From Chloroflexota bacterium (GTDB taxonomy: Bacteria; Chloroflexota; Anaerolineae; Anaerolineales; E44-bin32): a DNA stretch of 64,000 bases. Positions 46,639 to 56,481 of the stretch are shown here, piece by piece. The stretch lies in assembly GCA_022561215.1 (NCBI GenBank), contig JADFRQ010000006.1:14626-78625 (forward strand), in the 5' to 3' direction. Positions within the stretch are counted from its first letter, which is position 1. Every line of letters starts with the position of its first letter. The notes under the pieces are model-generated. The model searched no databases, was not told the origin of the DNA, and saw nothing but the letters and a program-made list of their open reading frames with translations. Both the position numbers and the translations under genes were made by a program.

Positions 46639-47532
46639 TTGGAACCTCGAATTTGGATCTTAAAGACGATTTTATTGCTCCTTTCCCTTAGCGCGTGCGC
46701 GCGCGCTCGGCTTCCCGAACCAGAAATTACGGATCTTGTCGCTAATGCTGATCGCCCGCCGAAAGCGACGCAGCCCACATTTGATTCACAGGACCAAGTC
46801 GTAGATCAAGAGTATGCCGTTATTTGGGTTCAGGCCGGGGAAAAGTTGGCGCTTCGCCAACCTGCGGGAATTTCGGGAATTGTGGTTGAGAATTTAGATT
46901 GGAAGATGAGGGAGATTGAGCTGACGGGGAATACAACCCTCTTGGGAAGCTCCTTGTGGGTCGAAGTTGTCTCCACTGACGAGGACGGAGGCTGGGTCAA
47001 CTCCTGGAATCTCACGGAGGCCGTTTCACAAAGTGATTTTTGTGCTGATTCGAGAGTGATCGAATTGCTTACTACATTTCGAAGACTCATCGAAGCAAAA
47101 GAATATGTTAATCTGTACAAGCTGATTAATCCGGATAGAGGCTTGAGCTTCCGACTTAACTGGTATTCTCCCGACATTAATGTGTCTCGGGAGATGGTTA
47201 TCGATTTATTTAACAACTTGGAGCCGATAGAGTGGGGAACGATGGCGGATAGTGGGCTTTCTGTCGTTGGGCCGTTCCAAGAAGTCATTTACCCGAAATT
47301 GATCGACGTCATCCTGCAATCCCCTGAGTATACGTGCAATCAACTCCAATCCGGTAATACTGCCAATGAACCCATTTGGCCAGATGAATTTGTAAACTTA
47401 AATTTCTACGGCGCCTATCGACCGGCAATTAATGGAAATGACTTCGACTGGAGAACATGGGCAATCGGAATCGAATACGTCCAAGGCGTGCCCTTTATTT
47501 CCGTAATGATCCATTACAGCAGCGAGCTGTAA
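46639..47532 (+). CDS. Hypothetical secreted lipoprotein (possible SH3b-like N-terminal domain)
   Basis: TTG start. The signal peptide with lipobox reads LLLLSLSAC. I did not recognise a family. Confidence 0.45.
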   Translation: MEPRIWILKTILLLLSLSACARARLPEPEITDLVANADRPPKATQPTFDSQDQVVDQEYAVIWVQAGEKLALRQPAGISGIVVENLDWKMREIELTGNTTLLGSSLWVEVVSTDEDGGWVNSWNLTEAVSQSDFCADSRVIELLTTFRRLIEAKEYVNLYKLINPDRGLSFRLNWYSPDINVSREMVIDLFNNLEPIEWGTMADSGLSVVGPFQEVIYPKLIDVILQSPEYTCNQLQSGNTANEPIWPDEFVNLNFYGAYRPAINGNDFDWRTWAIGIEYVQGVPFISVMIHYSSEL

Positions 47533-47545
47533 ATCGGCAAGGTCA

Positions 47546-50500
47546 TCAAGCGGCCACCGGCTCCTTAAGCGCTATGGCCTCCAGGAGATTGATCAGTTCA
47601 TTCTTCCAGTGGGGGTTTTCGCGCGTCGCTAACCACAGTCCTCGTCTGCTGATACGAATATTGGGGCTGTAGCCCGTAAGTAAATCCCTGGATAATTCCT
47701 GGGGAAGTTGAATAAGGATTTGTTTATTATCCATCGATATCCCCAGGACCTTGCCCCGCGAAGCAATGATACGAATTTTCAATTGAAACAGAAGATTATC
47801 TACCTCTTCCGGTGGCTCGCCAAAGCGATCATCAAGCTCATTTCTGATTGCTTTTATTTCATCTTCCGATCGAAATTCGGCTAAGCGCCGGTACAATTGG
47901 AGCCGCAATTCTCGCTCGGAAACATAATCCGAGGGGATTGCACTGGCTATCGGAAGCTCCACCGTAACCGCAAGCGGCATCAAACTTTGCGGCAGTATAT
48001 TCGTTGCCGGAATGGGGTGATCACTCTTTGCGCGCACGGCGGCGGCGAGCAGCTTGGTATAGAGGTGAAATCCAACGGCTGAAATATGCCCGTGCTGGCG
48101 GGTTCCCAAAATGTCGCCTGCGCCGCGCAGCTCCAAATCACGCATGGCGATTGAGTATCCTGCGCCAAGCTGGGAATGTTGGCTAAAAATTTCCAATCGT
48201 TGGTAGGCATCGTCATTCATTCGTAACGTGGGATGGCGGAGAAAATAGGCATAGGCGCGCGCCGCCCCTCTGCCAACTCGGCCTCGAAGTTGATAAAGCT
48301 GCGTCATCCCGAATCGATCCGCGCGATCAACGATCAATGTGTTGGCGTTTGGAATGTCGAGACCCGACTCAATAATCGACGTACTGACAAGAACCTCGAT
48401 CTCGCCGCGCGTAAAACTTTCCATCACGTCGGCCAATTGATCTTCGGGCATTTGACCATGCGCAATGGCGAAATTTGCCTCCGGAACGAGAAGCTCCAAA
48501 CGCTTCTTCATCGCACCGATGGTAAGCACACGATTGTGGACAAAAAAAGTTTGTCCGCCGCGATCCAATTCTCGGAGAATTGCCTGACGAATAACCCCAG
48601 GATCATAAGGCCCAACTTTGGTGATTACCGGAAGACGTTCTTCGGGAGGTGTATTAATTGTTGAAATGTCGCGTACTCCGGTAAGAGCCATATACAAGGT
48701 TCGTGGAATAGGAGTAGCCGTCATTGTCAGTACGTCAACTTCAGTCCGTTTCTGTTTCAGGTATTCCTTGTGTGTCACGCCAAAACGTTGTTCTTCATCG
48801 ATTATTAACAATCCTAAATCATGGAAAGTTACATCGTCTTGAAGCAGTCGATGGGTGCCAATCACGATGTCAACCTCATTCTTTGCAATAAGTTCCAGGA
48901 TTGCTCGAATTTCGGCACGGCTGCGGAAACGCGAAAGCATTTCGATTTCGACCGGAAACGCCGAGAGTCTTTGCCGGAAAGTGTTGTAGTGTTGTTGGGC
49001 GAGAACAGTCGTTGGAACGAGCATCGCAACTTGTTTGCCGTCCATGACGGCCTTGAATGCCGCTCGGAGTGCAACCTCTGTCTTTCCGTAGCCTGCATCG
49101 CCGCAAACAAGGAGGTCCATCGGTTGCTGGCGTTCCATGGCAGATTTCACAGCTTCGATCGCGCGCAGTTGCTCCTCTGTTTCGATATGCGGGAAGGAGG
49201 CTTCAAGTTCCTGCTGCCATGCAGTGTCTTTCGAAAAAGCATGTCCGACAATTTTTGAGCGACTGGCATAGAGCTCCAGAAGATCTTCCGCAATCTCTTC
49301 CACGGCTTCCTTGGCTTTGGTTTTTTGCCGCTGCCATTCGCGCGATCCCAATCGAGAAAGTTTTGGCTGCGAACTATCTGCGCTCACGTAGCGCGTAATC
49401 CGATCGGCCTGATGGATGGGCACGTAAACCTGATCACCTTCAGCATGCTCGACCAGCAAATACTCACGCGTCAAATCATCCAGAGTCCGTTGGACAAGAC
49501 CCAAAAAGCGGCCTATGCCGAAGTCGACATGCACCACGATATCGCCCTTCTTCAGGTCTGCGTATTGACTTTCCGGGATCCTGGCGCTTGCAGACGATCT
49601 TCGGCGAGTTCGCGGACGAGTCCAGCCGAATATTTCTGCGTCGCTGAGCAAATGAATCATGCTGCCTTCTGATTGGCGCAGAGACCAACCCTCCGAAAGC
49701 GCCCCCTGAATAAACGCGACGCTGCCGGGGGTGATTTCGGATGGCACTTGCCGGTGAACAAAGGCCTCGGGAACCTCCTCTGAGTACAACTCGACCAGAC
49801 GCGGGGCCTGGCGGCTCACAACAATGACACTTTCATGCATAACCGTCCTGCTACCAATGTGGTCCATCAATGGGCGCAGCTGGCCGCCAAAGCGTGGTCC
49901 AGGCGAAAACGAATCGGAAATATTTTTAGCGCCAGGATCGGCGAACGCTATTTGGCCCAGATCAACGAGAATATTTTCGTCAAATGATTCAAGAACTTCG
50001 GTTTGGGTGACATAGGGAAGGGGAGTATTTTGGGGTAGGAACTGTTTAACTTCGGGCTGATTTCGTAGCTCGATAGCCTGTTCTTCGAATTCCTCAATCG
50101 CATCAACCAGATTCGCCCGATCATCCACGAGGATTATTCCACCTGAGGGAATGAAGTCCAGAAGGCTCGCAGCTTGTGGGTTCATCCAGGGTAAAAAATA
50201 TTCTTGTAGGGCATGCGCTTCTTGTTGCAGTTTTGGCGCAAGGAATTTTTTCCAATCGTCTTGGAAAAGTCCTGGAAGGCCCTCGCGCGCGGGCGTTATG
50301 AAAGCAGAATGTGTTTTACGAATTGAGAGCTGTGAAGCAGGATCGAAGGAACGGATCGAATCAATTTCATCTCCGAAAAGTTCAATACGGATGGGATTCA
50401 TCCTGGTGGGTGGCCAAATATCGATAATGCCACCGTGACGATTAAACTGGCCTGCTTCAGCGACGATCGAAGCCGGTTCATAGCCTGCCCTTATCAGAAA

Positions 50501-51007
50501 ATTAAGGAAATGTTCCAAGTTGATCTCGGCGCCAACATTTATCAGTTTTGTATTTTTGATAAATATTTCCGGTGAAATTGTTCGCTGCATCATCGCCCGT
50601 ATAGGTGCAAGGATAATTTGAGGCCTGAGGATTGTCTTGGAGGGCGAAGATCCCTCTCGCCTACTATTGATCAAGACGGCTAATGCCGAAATACGTTCCC
50701 GTCTCGTTCTTGATCCCCAGGCCGTTTGTTCATAAAACAGAGGGCCGGGGGTAGGGAAGGGATATATTTCGAGTTTGGGGTCCCACACAATCAGCTCTTC
50801 GGAAAGAGAAAGAAATCGCTCTGCCCTAGATACCAGGTAAAGAATCGGCTGAGGATGGTCATTTGCCAAAGAGGCTGCCAGGATTGGGCGGATGGATTCT
50901 TGCAGGCCTAGGGAAATGGATTGAGGCTCACCATCTTGGATCGACTTAAGCAACACCTTGTACTCGGGGATTGCTTGAAATTGCGGACGCAAGTTCGAAA
51001 GATCCAT
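47546..51007 (-). CDS. mfd: Transcription-repair coupling factor
   Basis: 1153 aa. It carries an RNAP-interacting CarD-like region ([14 protein letters not shown]), SF2 helicase motifs ([31 protein letters not shown]) and a TRG-motif region. Confidence 0.95.
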   Translation of the reverse strand: MDLSNLRPQFQAIPEYKVLLKSIQDGEPQSISLGLQESIRPILAASLANDHPQPILYLVSRAERFLSLSEELIVWDPKLEIYPFPTPGPLFYEQTAWGSRTRRERISALAVLINSRREGSSPSKTILRPQIILAPIRAMMQRTISPEIFIKNTKLINVGAEINLEHFLNFLIRAGYEPASIVAEAGQFNRHGGIIDIWPPTRMNPIRIELFGDEIDSIRSFDPASQLSIRKTHSAFITPAREGLPGLFQDDWKKFLAPKLQQEAHALQEYFLPWMNPQAASLLDFIPSGGIILVDDRANLVDAIEEFEEQAIELRNQPEVKQFLPQNTPLPYVTQTEVLESFDENILVDLGQIAFADPGAKNISDSFSPGPRFGGQLRPLMDHIGSRTVMHESVIVVSRQAPRLVELYSEEVPEAFVHRQVPSEITPGSVAFIQGALSEGWSLRQSEGSMIHLLSDAEIFGWTRPRTRRRSSASARIPESQYADLKKGDIVVHVDFGIGRFLGLVQRTLDDLTREYLLVEHAEGDQVYVPIHQADRITRYVSADSSQPKLSRLGSREWQRQKTKAKEAVEEIAEDLLELYASRSKIVGHAFSKDTAWQQELEASFPHIETEEQLRAIEAVKSAMERQQPMDLLVCGDAGYGKTEVALRAAFKAVMDGKQVAMLVPTTVLAQQHYNTFRQRLSAFPVEIEMLSRFRSRAEIRAILELIAKNEVDIVIGTHRLLQDDVTFHDLGLLIIDEEQRFGVTHKEYLKQKRTEVDVLTMTATPIPRTLYMALTGVRDISTINTPPEERLPVITKVGPYDPGVIRQAILRELDRGGQTFFVHNRVLTIGAMKKRLELLVPEANFAIAHGQMPEDQLADVMESFTRGEIEVLVSTSIIESGLDIPNANTLIVDRADRFGMTQLYQLRGRVGRGAARAYAYFLRHPTLRMNDDAYQRLEIFSQHSQLGAGYSIAMRDLELRGAGDILGTRQHGHISAVGFHLYTKLLAAAVRAKSDHPIPATNILPQSLMPLAVTVELPIASAIPSDYVSERELRLQLYRRLAEFRSEDEIKAIRNELDDRFGEPPEEVDNLLFQLKIRIIASRGKVLGISMDNKQILIQLPQELSRDLLTGYSPNIRISRRGLWLATRENPHWKNELINLLEAIALKEPVAA

Positions 51008-51639
51008 TAATGGTCGGTCTTACTATTGTAACGCGTCATCGCGGCATCAATTCCGTCGCCAATCATAGAAATTACGCAGGATTGGGCGGTATCCAAAATG
51101 CTTTCTACACTTAGTCTTTCATCATCACCGAATGCCTCGAGCACATAGGCCGCAGCGTCCTTGCGCCCCGTAGGGCGACCAATGCCCAAGCGCATGCGCG
51201 GAATATCGGGTGTGCCCAATGCGCTGAGTATGGATTGCATGCCTTTGTGTCCCCCAGAGCCCCCTTTAGGCCGCAGACGGATGTACCCGAGTGGCAGGTC
51301 GAGATCATCGAAAATGATAAGCAAGTTGCTCATCGGTACCCGAAAATAACGCGCGATCGGAGCGACAGATCGACCAGAGATATTCATGAAGGTTTGCGGT
51401 TTTGCAAGGTATATGCGCCGGCCCTCGATCTTGGCATTGGCAATTAATGCATCTGCTCGCACCTTGTTAAATCGAGTGTCCAAATTGTTTGCCAATTTAT
51501 CCAACAGCATGAATCCGATATTGTGACGATCAAACCGATAACGTCGGCCTGGATTTCCTAATCCAACCAAGAGGTAGGGCGCTGAATTGCTGGTCATTTT
51601 TCCCTGCGCACTCTTCTGCGAAGTCGACGGTTTTTCCAA
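51007..51639 (-). CDS. pth: Peptidyl-tRNA hydrolase
   Basis: LLVGLGNPGRRYRFDRHNIGF...FMNISGRSV...IIFDDLDLPLG..RLR..G..GGHKG. The real start is probably the ATG at 51595-51597 (MTSNSAPYLLVG). The pth stop and mfd start overlap as TAATG. Confidence 0.9.
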   Translation of the reverse strand: MEKPSTSQKSAQGKMTSNSAPYLLVGLGNPGRRYRFDRHNIGFMLLDKLANNLDTRFNKVRADALIANAKIEGRRIYLAKPQTFMNISGRSVAPIARYFRVPMSNLLIIFDDLDLPLGYIRLRPKGGSGGHKGMQSILSALGTPDIPRMRLGIGRPTGRKDAAAYVLEAFGDDERLSVESILDTAQSCVISMIGDGIDAAMTRYNSKTDH

Positions 51640-51764
51640 AATAACGATTTCATTTTAATGGAGGCGATCCAATATTGTTGAACGGGTCTGATTCGAATAA
51701 ATAGCGCGAGAAGCGCCAACAATGATCCGCTGATTGCGCCGCCAAGGAGAAAGGCTTGCAACAT
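51594..51764 (-). CDS. Candidate 56-aa membrane micro-protein translationally coupled to pth
   Basis: My translation is MLQAFLLGGAISGSLLALLALFIRIRPVQQYWIASIKMKSLFWKNRRLRRRVRREK, which gives one TM helix and a basic tail. Its TGA overlaps the likely pth ATG as ATGA. It falls below the 60-aa cutoff of the ORF track, and its RBS is weak. Confidence 0.25.
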   Translation of the reverse strand: MLQAFLLGGAISGSLLALLALFIRIRPVQQYWIASIKMKSLFWKNRRLRRRVRREK

Positions 51765-52171
51765 GTCACTATTCCAACTTTCTCATAAATTATGCGTAAT
51801 TTCACCAAGACAATAAGCTCAAGCTTGATCATACACTTGTTACTGTCGCAGACGACTCCATCTTTATTTGCGGGCCAAAAGAAGGCAATCTCATAGTTTA
51901 ACATGTGCGATACACACGGTCAACGCGCATCGAATTTGCAGATGCTTGAAAAGCAGTACTTTATTATTCCAAGCCATATTTGGACCGAATTTGGGTTGAC
52001 TACGGCATAAACAACCATTAGAATTCGGCTCAAAAGCGTGGGCTATCCCCATTCTCAGGAGGTGGTCCTTTTGTTCTGAATGGGTGTACATGCAGTGAGC
52101 GGGCGAGGGATATTAACGCTACGTTTCCCAATCTTTTAACCGGTAGCTGATTCGGACAAGGCGGGCACAGA

Positions 52172-52657
52172 ATGGCAGAAAAAGACGAAACATCCAGAAA
52201 CGACTCTGTCTTGGAGGAGATGATATCGCTGGAAGGCGGAACAATTGAATCCGTGGAAGCGGATAGCGTTCAAATCAACCAGGGTGGAGTGAGATCGATT
52301 GTCGCCACGGACGTTGAGCTCAATCGCGGGAGTGCTCTTACCATTCAAGCCGAAAATGTTTCCATGCAAGGCTCAGCTGCGTTTGTAACCCAAGCGGAAA
52401 CGATTGCATCGACGGAAAGCAGCACATTTTCTTCCATAAGTGAAGTTGCCAATATTCGTGAGTCGAGGATTGGGGTTGTCATCGCAAAAGAAGCGAGAAT
52501 GGAAAACAGCACAGCCGTCGTGCTTCTTGCACGTCAGGTGCATGGCTCAGTCGAAACTGTATTGGATACGCGTGGTGCTGCACTGGCTGGAATCGTAGCT
52601 GGAATTTCAGTTGGTCTGGTCCTCTTTGTCGGAAATTTGCTCTCCCGTCGTAGATAG
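52172..52657 (+). CDS. Hypothetical tail-anchored protein with ~15-aa beta-strand-like internal repeats
   Basis: 161 aa. Successive segments run VEADSVQINQGGVRS / IVATDVELNRGSALT / IQAENVSMQGSAAF / VTQAETIASTESS / ISEVANIRESRIGV / VIAKEARMENSTAVV / LLARQVHGSVETV. A C-terminal TM (ALAGIVAGISVGLVLFVGNLL) and RRR follow. Confidence 0.5.
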   Translation: MAEKDETSRNDSVLEEMISLEGGTIESVEADSVQINQGGVRSIVATDVELNRGSALTIQAENVSMQGSAAFVTQAETIASTESSTFSSISEVANIRESRIGVVIAKEARMENSTAVVLLARQVHGSVETVLDTRGAALAGIVAGISVGLVLFVGNLLSRRR

Positions 52658-52677
52658 ACCTGTTACAATCCGATGTT

Positions 52678-53391
52678 ATGCGTGAAACCCACGCCCGAGG
52701 AAGTAAGGTACATATAATGGACGATGTCATACTGAAGGCAGAAAAACGAACGACAATAAGGAAACATGTGGGTGCGTTGCGGCGCGCGGGCCTGCTCCCG
52801 GCCATTATTTACGGCAGTGGAATGGAGCCGATCGCTCTCGAACTAAACGCGCACGAAACAATGAAAATATTAAAAGAGGTGAGCGGTTCTACCCTGCTCA
52901 CCGTTCAAATAGGAAGTCAAAAACATGCAGCGATTGTGCGTGATATACAAATCGATGTAATTCGCCGAAATGTGGTGCATATTGATTTTCTTAAAGTCGA
53001 GCTTGATAAGGTTATTCGTACAACTGTTCCGGTTTCTATAATAGGAGAAGCCCCCGCAGTGATTGATCTGGGTGGGGTACTCGTCCTCGGTCTAAGCCAA
53101 TTGGACATTGAGGCTCTACCTGGAGATTTGCCAGAAACAATTTCTGTGGATGTGAGTTCACTCACAGAGATCAATTCCGCCATCGTTGTGAAGGATGTTT
53201 TTGCAGGTAAAAATGTAACATTCCTATCCGATGAAAATGAGATACTGGCGCGTGTTATTGCGCAAGCAGTGGAAGAAGAAATTGAAGAGGAGCTGGTGGA
53301 GGAAGATTTGGTCGAAGCGCTTGATGAGCCTGAAGTGCTCGATAAGGGTTTGCGCGAGGAAGGGGATAAGCCAGAAGCAGACAGCGATTAA
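52678..53391 (+). CDS. rplY: 50S ribosomal protein L25 / general stress protein Ctc (long form with acidic tail)
   Basis: LKAEKRTTIRKHVGALRRAGLLPAIIYG...HIDFLKV is the canonical L25/Ctc N-terminus. The probable start is the ATG giving MDDVILKAEKR. Confidence 0.85.
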   Translation: MRETHARGSKVHIMDDVILKAEKRTTIRKHVGALRRAGLLPAIIYGSGMEPIALELNAHETMKILKEVSGSTLLTVQIGSQKHAAIVRDIQIDVIRRNVVHIDFLKVELDKVIRTTVPVSIIGEAPAVIDLGGVLVLGLSQLDIEALPGDLPETISVDVSSLTEINSAIVVKDVFAGKNVTFLSDENEILARVIAQAVEEEIEEELVEEDLVEALDEPEVLDKGLREEGDKPEADSD

Positions 53392-53542
53392 TTCCGGCGG
53401 GCATGTGAAATATAATTTCGGAAGCCGAAGCAGCAGATCGGTGCTAGCCGATCTGAAACATAGCCCGATAAGATTCCCGTAATGTGGTTAATGTGTATGG
53501 CTGCATTGCCCAACCTCGCCATTTGGAAAGGCCCTCTTCGAC

Positions 53543-54199
53543 TCAGCTGACTTTCAGACCCACCAGTTCCAGGAAATCGACCGTTAGCTGCGCGGTGACT
53601 CCCCATATTACTTCGACTTCATGGGCGCGAAAGAAGTGAACCGGAATTTTTTTATCCAGGCCGGAAATTTCTCGCTGTTCCGTTGTTAGGTTTTCAGGCG
53701 TAGCTAGCCAATCTAGTGAAGCTCCAAAGGTTTTGGCGACCTCCTTCGGATTGAGTTCCAGGGGATACGGCCACGGAATGCGGCCCACAAATGGAGTGAT
53801 ATTGAAGTGAGTGATCGTGATGATATCTTTCATCGACCCTAGTATTTCTATATCCTGGGCTTCAATGCCAATTTCTTCGAATACTTCGCGCAGTGCCGCG
53901 CTTTGCGCCGAATCATCCCCGGCATCGATGGCTCCTCCTGGGAATGAGACTTGTCCGCTATGTGTTGCCACAGAATTTGTTCGTTTCGTATAAAGCAAAT
54001 TCCAGCGCCGATTGTGCCAATACAATGGAAGCAGCACAGCGGCTGGCCTTATTCCAGGCTCCCGTTGATGGGGTTCTGGTGTCCGCATCAACGCCGAGCG
54101 AACCTGTCTTATGAATTGCTCTTTTCCAAGCTTGTTCACAATTGTGGCTCTAAAATGCTGCCACAGTAAACACAAACTGCTGTTTGATCGCTGTGCCAT
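53543..54199 (-). CDS. NUDIX hydrolase, CoA pyrophosphatase-like
   Basis: LLYTKRTNSVATHSGQVSFPGGAIDAGDDSAQSAALREVFEEIGI combines the Nudix box (GGx5Ex7REVxEEIG) with the upstream LLTxR...GQxxFPGG motif of CoA diphosphatases. An alternative start is the GTG at 54137-54139, which overlaps the upstream stop as GTGA. Confidence 0.8.
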   Translation of the reverse strand: MAQRSNSSLCLLWQHFRATIVNKLGKEQFIRQVRSALMRTPEPHQREPGIRPAAVLLPLYWHNRRWNLLYTKRTNSVATHSGQVSFPGGAIDAGDDSAQSAALREVFEEIGIEAQDIEILGSMKDIITITHFNITPFVGRIPWPYPLELNPKEVAKTFGASLDWLATPENLTTEQREISGLDKKIPVHFFRAHEVEVIWGVTAQLTVDFLELVGLKVS

Positions 54200-54673
54200 T
54201 TGACTTCATCCGGATGGACACTTCCTCCGCACTGCGGGCATTTAGGTGGTAGTTTTGGTCGTGCCGGAGAAGGTGAGGTAGGGGGAATTTCCAAACCGTA
54301 TTCATCCATAAGTTGATCGATCGCTCGTTTTAGTTTCGTTGCCTGCTTGTGGTCACCCTGGCCTTCCATAGCTCGCAAGATGCGCGCGCTGGTCGCAATC
54401 AGTCGTCGCTGCTGACCGCGTTCCGCCATCAAGCGCAGACCGCGGAAGGAGCAAGTCATAACCTGTTTTATGCTCGCCTGCCTTTGCATAGGCTCTTCCA
54501 GCTTGCAGGAGCAGCTGTGGTGCACGCGGTCGACTTCGACTTTCTGCCAGAGAAGCAAGCTCTTCGAATACAACTGCGGCATCGAAAAAATTTCCCATGT
54601 CGTACAGTTGATGCGCAGATCGCAGTCTATTGATATGGCGAAAAGCGCGCCTTCTACGTCGAAATCTTCGCAT
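54136..54673 (-). pseudogene. Helical-repeat plus C-terminal zinc-ribbon protein split over two frames (frameshift near 54444-54455)
   Basis: The ORF at 54353-54673 reads protein-like only up to ...LLLQAGRAYAKAGEHKTGYDLL. The ORF at 54136-54582 reads protein-like only from ...FRGLRLMAERGQQRRL to CPQCGGSVHPDEVKW...CVYCGSIL. The two frames differ by 1 nt, and a 1-nt indel in ttgctccttcc would fuse them into one product of about 179 aa. Confidence 0.45.
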
Positions 54674-54771
54674 TACGACCTTTCAAGCCAACGATCGAAT
54701 TCAGATCAATCGCTGCATCGATCATTTGGCATCCCGGTAAAAAATGGGCAGATCCGTGGGTATTTGGAAGT

Positions 54772-55548
54772 TCAATCATCGATCAAGGGCCGTGCGAATA
54801 CCAGATAACCCGTATGCCCAACCATTCTATCCACGGGACGCAATCGATCGGGAATCACTTTGTAATAACGGATAAAAGTTTCACAGACATCTATGTTGGT
54901 AAATCCATTCGCCTCCAACCCCCTTAGCAGTGACGATACCTGGTTCGTGGTAGGCAAAATTGAGCCAAAGGTACCTGCGTTGGAAAGGGATTTGCGAACA
55001 TGAGGAAGATACCTTTCTGGAGAAGCTAAATCGAGAAAAATGGCATCAATGTCGATTTCCTCCATTCCCAAACTAATATCCTGCAGACGAAAGCTAATAC
55101 GATTTTCTAACCCGACTCGTGTAAGGTTGTTACTTGCCAGCGCTTGCATATCCGCGCGTTTGTCATAGGAGTAAACGTGTCCATTCTCGCCAACTGACCA
55201 TGCCAGCGCGGTGGTTAATGCGCCAGAGCCGGTGCCTGCTTCGATGACCTGCGATCCAGGTTTGATAGAGAGGCGCAGCAATATGGTGCCGATATCCTTG
55301 GGAAATATAATCTGAGATTCACGCGGAGTGTGCAGAAGAATGTCATGCAGGGTCGGCTGCATGAGCGTAAAGATTTTTCCGAGATGGCTCGCTACCTGCG
55401 AGCCCCACGGTTGGTTAATAAGGTCATCATGCAGCAAAATTCCCAGGTGCGTCTGAAATTTTGTGCCCGCCTTGAGCCGAATAATAAAATTCTTTCTGCC
55501 GAGACCAAGCATCGCCAGTTCGGTGTCTTTTGCCCTTTTCAATACCAT
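54772..55548 (-). CDS. trmI: tRNA (adenine-N1)-methyltransferase (TrmI/GCD14 family)
   Basis: The N-terminal beta domain reads FIIRLKAGTKFQTHLGILLHDDLI. It also carries PRESQIIFPKD and the SAM motif VIEAGTGSGALTTALA. Confidence 0.85.
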   Translation of the reverse strand: MVLKRAKDTELAMLGLGRKNFIIRLKAGTKFQTHLGILLHDDLINQPWGSQVASHLGKIFTLMQPTLHDILLHTPRESQIIFPKDIGTILLRLSIKPGSQVIEAGTGSGALTTALAWSVGENGHVYSYDKRADMQALASNNLTRVGLENRISFRLQDISLGMEEIDIDAIFLDLASPERYLPHVRKSLSNAGTFGSILPTTNQVSSLLRGLEANGFTNIDVCETFIRYYKVIPDRLRPVDRMVGHTGYLVFARPLIDD

Positions 55549-55569
55549 CTCCTGAATCCATGATTCGCT

Positions 55570-56265
55570 CTATTGCTTCGAAGGGACAGCCTGGCCCCGC
55601 GTCGTACGTTTTGTTGCCGTAATCCTCATGACATCTGCTCTGGGCAGCTTAATCCCTTCAAGAACCACATCGAATCCAGCATCCGTGAATAAGGTGGTAA
55701 TGTTGCGCTGCCAGGCATGGTCTGATTTATTTTTCTCACCCGTGATCCTGTACAACCATGATGATAACGTATCCGCAAACCAAATCAGGCTTATTCGTTT
55801 ATCTATAGGTCCCGTGATTCTTTCCACCCCGGGAACAATAACCAGCACGCCCCTTGGCCGTAATACCCTATAAATTTCCGCGAGTGTTGAGCTTTCGAAA
55901 ATGAAATTGCTAGGGAAAGATGAGAAAACACTCGCGAATGTGTTCTCGGGCAATGGCAGGTACTGCGCCGCTGCCTGGACTATTCGCATGGATAGTTCTT
56001 CCTTGCGTAACCTGCGGCGGGCGATCTTTCCCATTTGTTTTGAGCTGTCAATTCCAACGATAACATGCCCTCGCTTTGATATCTCCAGCAGCAAATGCCC
56101 GGTTCCGAAGCCCAATTCGAGAATTCTCCCATCTGGCAGGCCATCGATGGCGACTCCTTGCCATGCTGACCATTGCCCCATGGAGCTGGCGAATGCAACA
56201 AAGTCGTAGGCCCATGCGATTGTTGTGTAAAGCTGTTCAAAAAAGAATTTTAAAAAGTGGCGCAA
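55570..56265 (-). CDS. Class I SAM-dependent methyltransferase
   Basis: Motif I is ILELGFGTGHLLLE and motif II is VGIDSS, with a Methyltransf_11-like layout. The substrate is unknown. Confidence 0.75.
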   Translation of the reverse strand: MRHFLKFFFEQLYTTIAWAYDFVAFASSMGQWSAWQGVAIDGLPDGRILELGFGTGHLLLEISKRGHVIVGIDSSKQMGKIARRRLRKEELSMRIVQAAAQYLPLPENTFASVFSSFPSNFIFESSTLAEIYRVLRPRGVLVIVPGVERITGPIDKRISLIWFADTLSSWLYRITGEKNKSDHAWQRNITTLFTDAGFDVVLEGIKLPRADVMRITATKRTTRGQAVPSKQ

Positions 56266-56481
56266 AATTTATCCCCAGGGAGCGGCTGTGAATATAGTTT
56301 ATAAACGTTGGATGGCAGACATTATTGCCCCCATCCGCCGATCAAACGAATAGGTCGGAAAACTGCGCATAGCCACCAGTAATTCAATAAAATTGCAGGC
56401 TCCCATGCGTTTTTCACGGCAGCGAACCGCAAACTATCCTTAATATGGTGCTCGATGGCCATTGAATAAACATGCTGCGAT

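Noticed and set aside
46587-47540. An exact 14-nt direct repeat, CTGTAAATCGGCAA, at 46587-46600 and 47527-47540. It neatly brackets the hypothetical lipoprotein gene, like a target-site duplication.
   Set aside because: Several 14-mer coincidences are expected by chance in a 64-kb window. The chance of one such pair within 1 kb somewhere in the window is roughly 0.2. There are no inverted repeats, no integrase and no compositional break, so this is not evidence for a mobile cassette.
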